Shown: piece after piece, positions 60,591-64,000 of the stretch
Position numbering within the stretch: position 1 is the first letter of the stretch
Layout of the letters: each line of letters begins with the position of its first letter
Assembly: GCA_040285825.1 (NCBI GenBank)
Contig: JAUPSS010000004.1
Location: 5,299,784-5,363,783 of the forward strand
DNA length: 64,000 nucleotides
Source: Eukaryota sp. TZLM1-RC
Taxonomy: Eukaryota; Protista; Metamonada: BaSk clade
Direction: 5' to 3'
The notes under the pieces: model-generated
Databases searched by the model: none
Seen by the model: only the letters and a program-made list of their open reading frames with translations
What the model was told of the DNA's origin: nothing
Position numbers and translations under genes: made by a program

Positions 60591-62537
60591 TGTTTACTAT
60601 GATTCAAAATTATTGTCATTTTTCCCAAATGTTGAGGTTGTTGAGTCTTGTTCACTATCCATTGTCTCGAAGAAGATTTAGTATAAGGTTGGCTTGTTTG
60701 TCAAATCTCAAATTTTTTGAGCTTGTCCATTCAATGTAGAACAATTACCCACTTCACTAGTGCAGTTTTTAATAAATGTAAGACATGTTGCTGATTTGAG
60801 CTACATTTCATCATTAAAGGAATTGGTGGTGTCTTCTTACAATGAATCAAAAAAGTTACTATAAAGACAAATAATAAATAAATAAAATAATCAAAAAATT
60901 TACTTCTATCCATTGTTAGATTGGAAGTGTGGTTGTATATCCCATTAATGCTGAAATACAATTACCCAACTTGAAGGAATTGATAGTTCATGGCAGTGTT
61001 CCAACCAATATCACTGAACAAAACTTTCCTTCTTTGGAATTCATTCAATTGATTGAACCTGATGAATTCAGTCTTCAGATTCTGCCCTTTCTCCAACCAA
61101 ACTTATTAGTCAAGGTTTAATTAAATCTGTTAAACTTATCAAGAATGAATATTTAGTAGAATTATCTTGTTTTCCATTGTGGATTCAGTATTCATCCGTT
61201 AGGTATTTAATTGAAATTTTCCATGACTATGTAGGTGAAGAGCATTAGATTTTTGTAAATAATTTATAAATATATAATTTTGAATTTTTAATTTTTAATA
61301 ATCTTGGATTTAATTTGTATAAATATTGATTCAATTGTTCGCGTTCTTTTCAACATTTAGGCCTCGTTGCTTTCTTCATTTGTTAGCGGGAATGCTTCGG
61401 AATATACAAATTTTGAACAGAAATTGTGAAGTGTCAAGACTTTATTCTCTAAATTAAAAGTAATATTTGTGAAACGTATAGTGCAAAATAACGATCAATA
61501 AGACGGAATCGATGGAAAAATCAGCACCAAGAAAAACAATACTGAATTATAATTGCTTCTTATCACCACCACACCACAGTATTGCCCTCTATATTATAAT
61601 TTCTAACAATATCGTTTCGATTGTATATTTGATGACTCATTATATAACACAGTCTTGTTGCTATAATATAATATAACTCTATTTGATAAGACTAGAACGT
61701 CACTCATACACATCCCAGATTATAATAATAAGATTCATTGTGATAATCAATGCTGATTAAATTTGGACCTCAAAGGTAAAACTTTCTGTTTAAAGTTCCT
61801 ATACTATGCTCATTCTGCGAAAGCTGACTGGTTTTGTTTAGTAATTGGAAGCAAGTTGCCAATAATTAATATTGAACATAAATTTTCCAAAATATAAATA
61901 AAGTAAGTAATTATTTTGTGAAAACCATGAAAGAAGCTGTTTGCTCTGCTATTCTTGCATTCAGTTTGAAAGGTTCGCAGATGCTGTATTTATCAATTTC
62001 AAAACAACTATCTGAAATGTTTTCTGGCATTCATGTCATGAATTGAAAGGAATATTTATTCACGTCATAACCAAGTGTTTACCTGAAGAAAAACCAAGAA
62101 TCGTCCATCAGAATGTAAATGCCGATTACCCACTTCACTAATGAAGTTATTAATCAATGTAAGGTCACTCAGCTCTCCAAATTGTTGACCTACCAAGAAA
62201 ATAAGTTGTCAAGGAATTGGTTGCTGCCTTGTTAGTGTAACCAGATAATAAGGTGTGTTTAAGCTGTCATCCATTATAAGTACTTTCAACGAATTTTGTT
62301 CCATGTTTACCATTAAACGATGGGAACAAATGAAGTATTGATGAAAAGAGCAATGAAATGGGTGTTCAAGGACATGCTGTGGTACTCAATTTCAGTGCGA
62401 TTGGGAAGAACAGTAGAATCAAATGCAATAAACCTTACGTTTTCATGACAGCATGATCAGTAAGGTAAGAGATTCTCAACATCAAGATATCAAGATAAGT
62501 AGCCATATGAAGTTCATTTCACTAGCATTATCATACA

Positions 62538-63941
62538 ATGTTAGATTTCATCCAGCTATTTGCAAGGGAACAACAAAGGTTGTGTCCACCCACAGCATAT
62601 GACACTTCTACCGGTACATCCCGAGAGCTAGTCATTTATGAACCTCCTTCACAAATCACTGCTACGGAGGGCTTCTCAGCAATTCACATTAGCTCGACAA
62701 ATGAGCTGACGTGTAATGCTCCCAATGTTTCCGTCCTCTCTACTAACCTTATTCAATACCTCTCTTCAACACCATGTCCGAAACCAGTCGTATCTGCTTT
62801 TCTGAACTCTCCTGATGATTCCCTCGCCACTGAACTCATCTCCATTTCTCTTCCCTTACTATTTCTCTGTTATCCATCTCAATCCATACCTCCTCCCAAC
62901 CTGCTCACTACTACTGCTTCTTATGACATTTGCGTGCATACTTCTCTGAATGAGGCCACCACTCCTGACTCTTTTGATTTCCGAGATTGCTACCAAGATG
63001 AAGACCTAAAAGCTAGATTGTTTTCTCTTTTAAAGAAAGCTGGTCCAAAGTTTTCTGAAATCAAGTCTTTTCTTGATGAGAACCACAACCAACCTGATTC
63101 TTTCATCTACAACTCTCTCCACGACCTTGTACATGCTCCTTCTTATACTCATCACGCCAATGTCACTCCCTCTCCTACCGATGGAAGGTCAGTATTCAGA
63201 GCCAAGGAGGCTTTATCTCTGCTATGGAGAACACACAAACATTTAAAACGAAGAAACCTGTTGGATGTTGGATGTTCTGAAGGTTCCATCACTGGTGCTT
63301 TGGGTCATATTTTGGAGCTTAGAGAGAATGAAGTGCATGGCTGTGATGTGCGAGATGTTGGGCTGAGCACAGGATTTGTTTTTACTTTGATGACAGACCC
63401 AGACAAGCTTCCTTATAACGATAACGAGTTTAGCGTTGTCACGCTATCCATGATTTTACACCATGTTGAACATCCCAATACGCTTCTTGGAGAAGTATTT
63501 CGAGTTTTGAAGCCTGGTGGTGTTGTGATTGTACGAGAACACGATATGTATAGGTCAGAATTAAAGACTTTGTTTGACTTGCAGCATGGATTATATGACT
63601 TGGTGTGGTCATGTCCACAAGAAGACCCATTTTTTCTTAGTCATTTCAAGTCGTTCTATAGGTCAAAAATGGAATGGAAAAGTATAATTGAAGGTATTGG
63701 ATTGCGATTCATTACGTGTGACGGGCAAAAACTATCAAAAAAACAATCAGATCACGTGCGTCGTGGCTACACCACTCCTTTCAATACTTTCTGTGCTTGT
63801 TCAATGATGTTTGAAAAGCCTGGAAGAGTGCCTTTGAGAGAAGATTTGAGAGAAAGTGATAGGTATCACCACCGAAATGATCATGAAGAACGGTACAGAA
63901 GAAGAGGAAATGATGGGTATCACTGCAAACGACGACGTTAA
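62538..63941 (+). CDS. Class I SAM-dependent methyltransferase
   Basis: LLDVGCSEG, LPYNDNEFSVV, ILHHV, EVFRVLKPGG, REHD. Confidence 0.88.
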   Translation: MLDFIQLFAREQQRLCPPTAYDTSTGTSRELVIYEPPSQITATEGFSAIHISSTNELTCNAPNVSVLSTNLIQYLSSTPCPKPVVSAFLNSPDDSLATELISISLPLLFLCYPSQSIPPPNLLTTTASYDICVHTSLNEATTPDSFDFRDCYQDEDLKARLFSLLKKAGPKFSEIKSFLDENHNQPDSFIYNSLHDLVHAPSYTHHANVTPSPTDGRSVFRAKEALSLLWRTHKHLKRRNLLDVGCSEGSITGALGHILELRENEVHGCDVRDVGLSTGFVFTLMTDPDKLPYNDNEFSVVTLSMILHHVEHPNTLLGEVFRVLKPGGVVIVREHDMYRSELKTLFDLQHGLYDLVWSCPQEDPFFLSHFKSFYRSKMEWKSIIEGIGLRFITCDGQKLSKKQSDHVRRGYTTPFNTFCACSMMFEKPGRVPLREDLRESDRYHHRNDHEERYRRRGNDGYHCKRRR

Positions 63942-64000
63942 TTCTTTCATTTTTCGTAGTAAATCAGTTTTTTATTTAAATTTGGACTCAATTGTTTTTT

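Overview
AT-rich, apparently intron-free eukaryotic (protist-like) DNA using the standard genetic code. Intact single-exon host genes (CSE1/exportin-2, KRR1, ALG3, KAE1/OSGEP, poly(A) polymerase, Maf-like pyrophosphatase, a SAM methyltransferase, an ARM-repeat protein, a membrane protein) are interleaved with roughly one third mobile DNA. The mobile DNA comes from at least five families (labelled A-E here) of CRE/R2-type non-LTR retrotransposons (RT plus restriction-like endonuclease, RLE), many with clear TSDs and nested in one another. Main points of interest: (1) Three Fanzor1-like (eukaryotic TnpB) RuvC nuclease loci. Two lie in tandem and share three collinear 10-12 nt blocks in structured downstream regions (candidate omega-RNA scaffolds). 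One can be rebuilt to about 651 aa by removing a retrotransposon. (2) A 20-nt motif CTTRTTTCATTGTTAYAGAC found three times, each 13-24 nt before a host ATG and twice at the 3' end of a Fanzor locus. (3) A roughly 2,500-codon disrupted gene joining RG repeats, La motif, DEAH helicase, RBR-type RING/IBR, PARP-like, 2x WWE and nucleotidyltransferase modules. All calls come from reading motifs by eye; no searches or folding were run.
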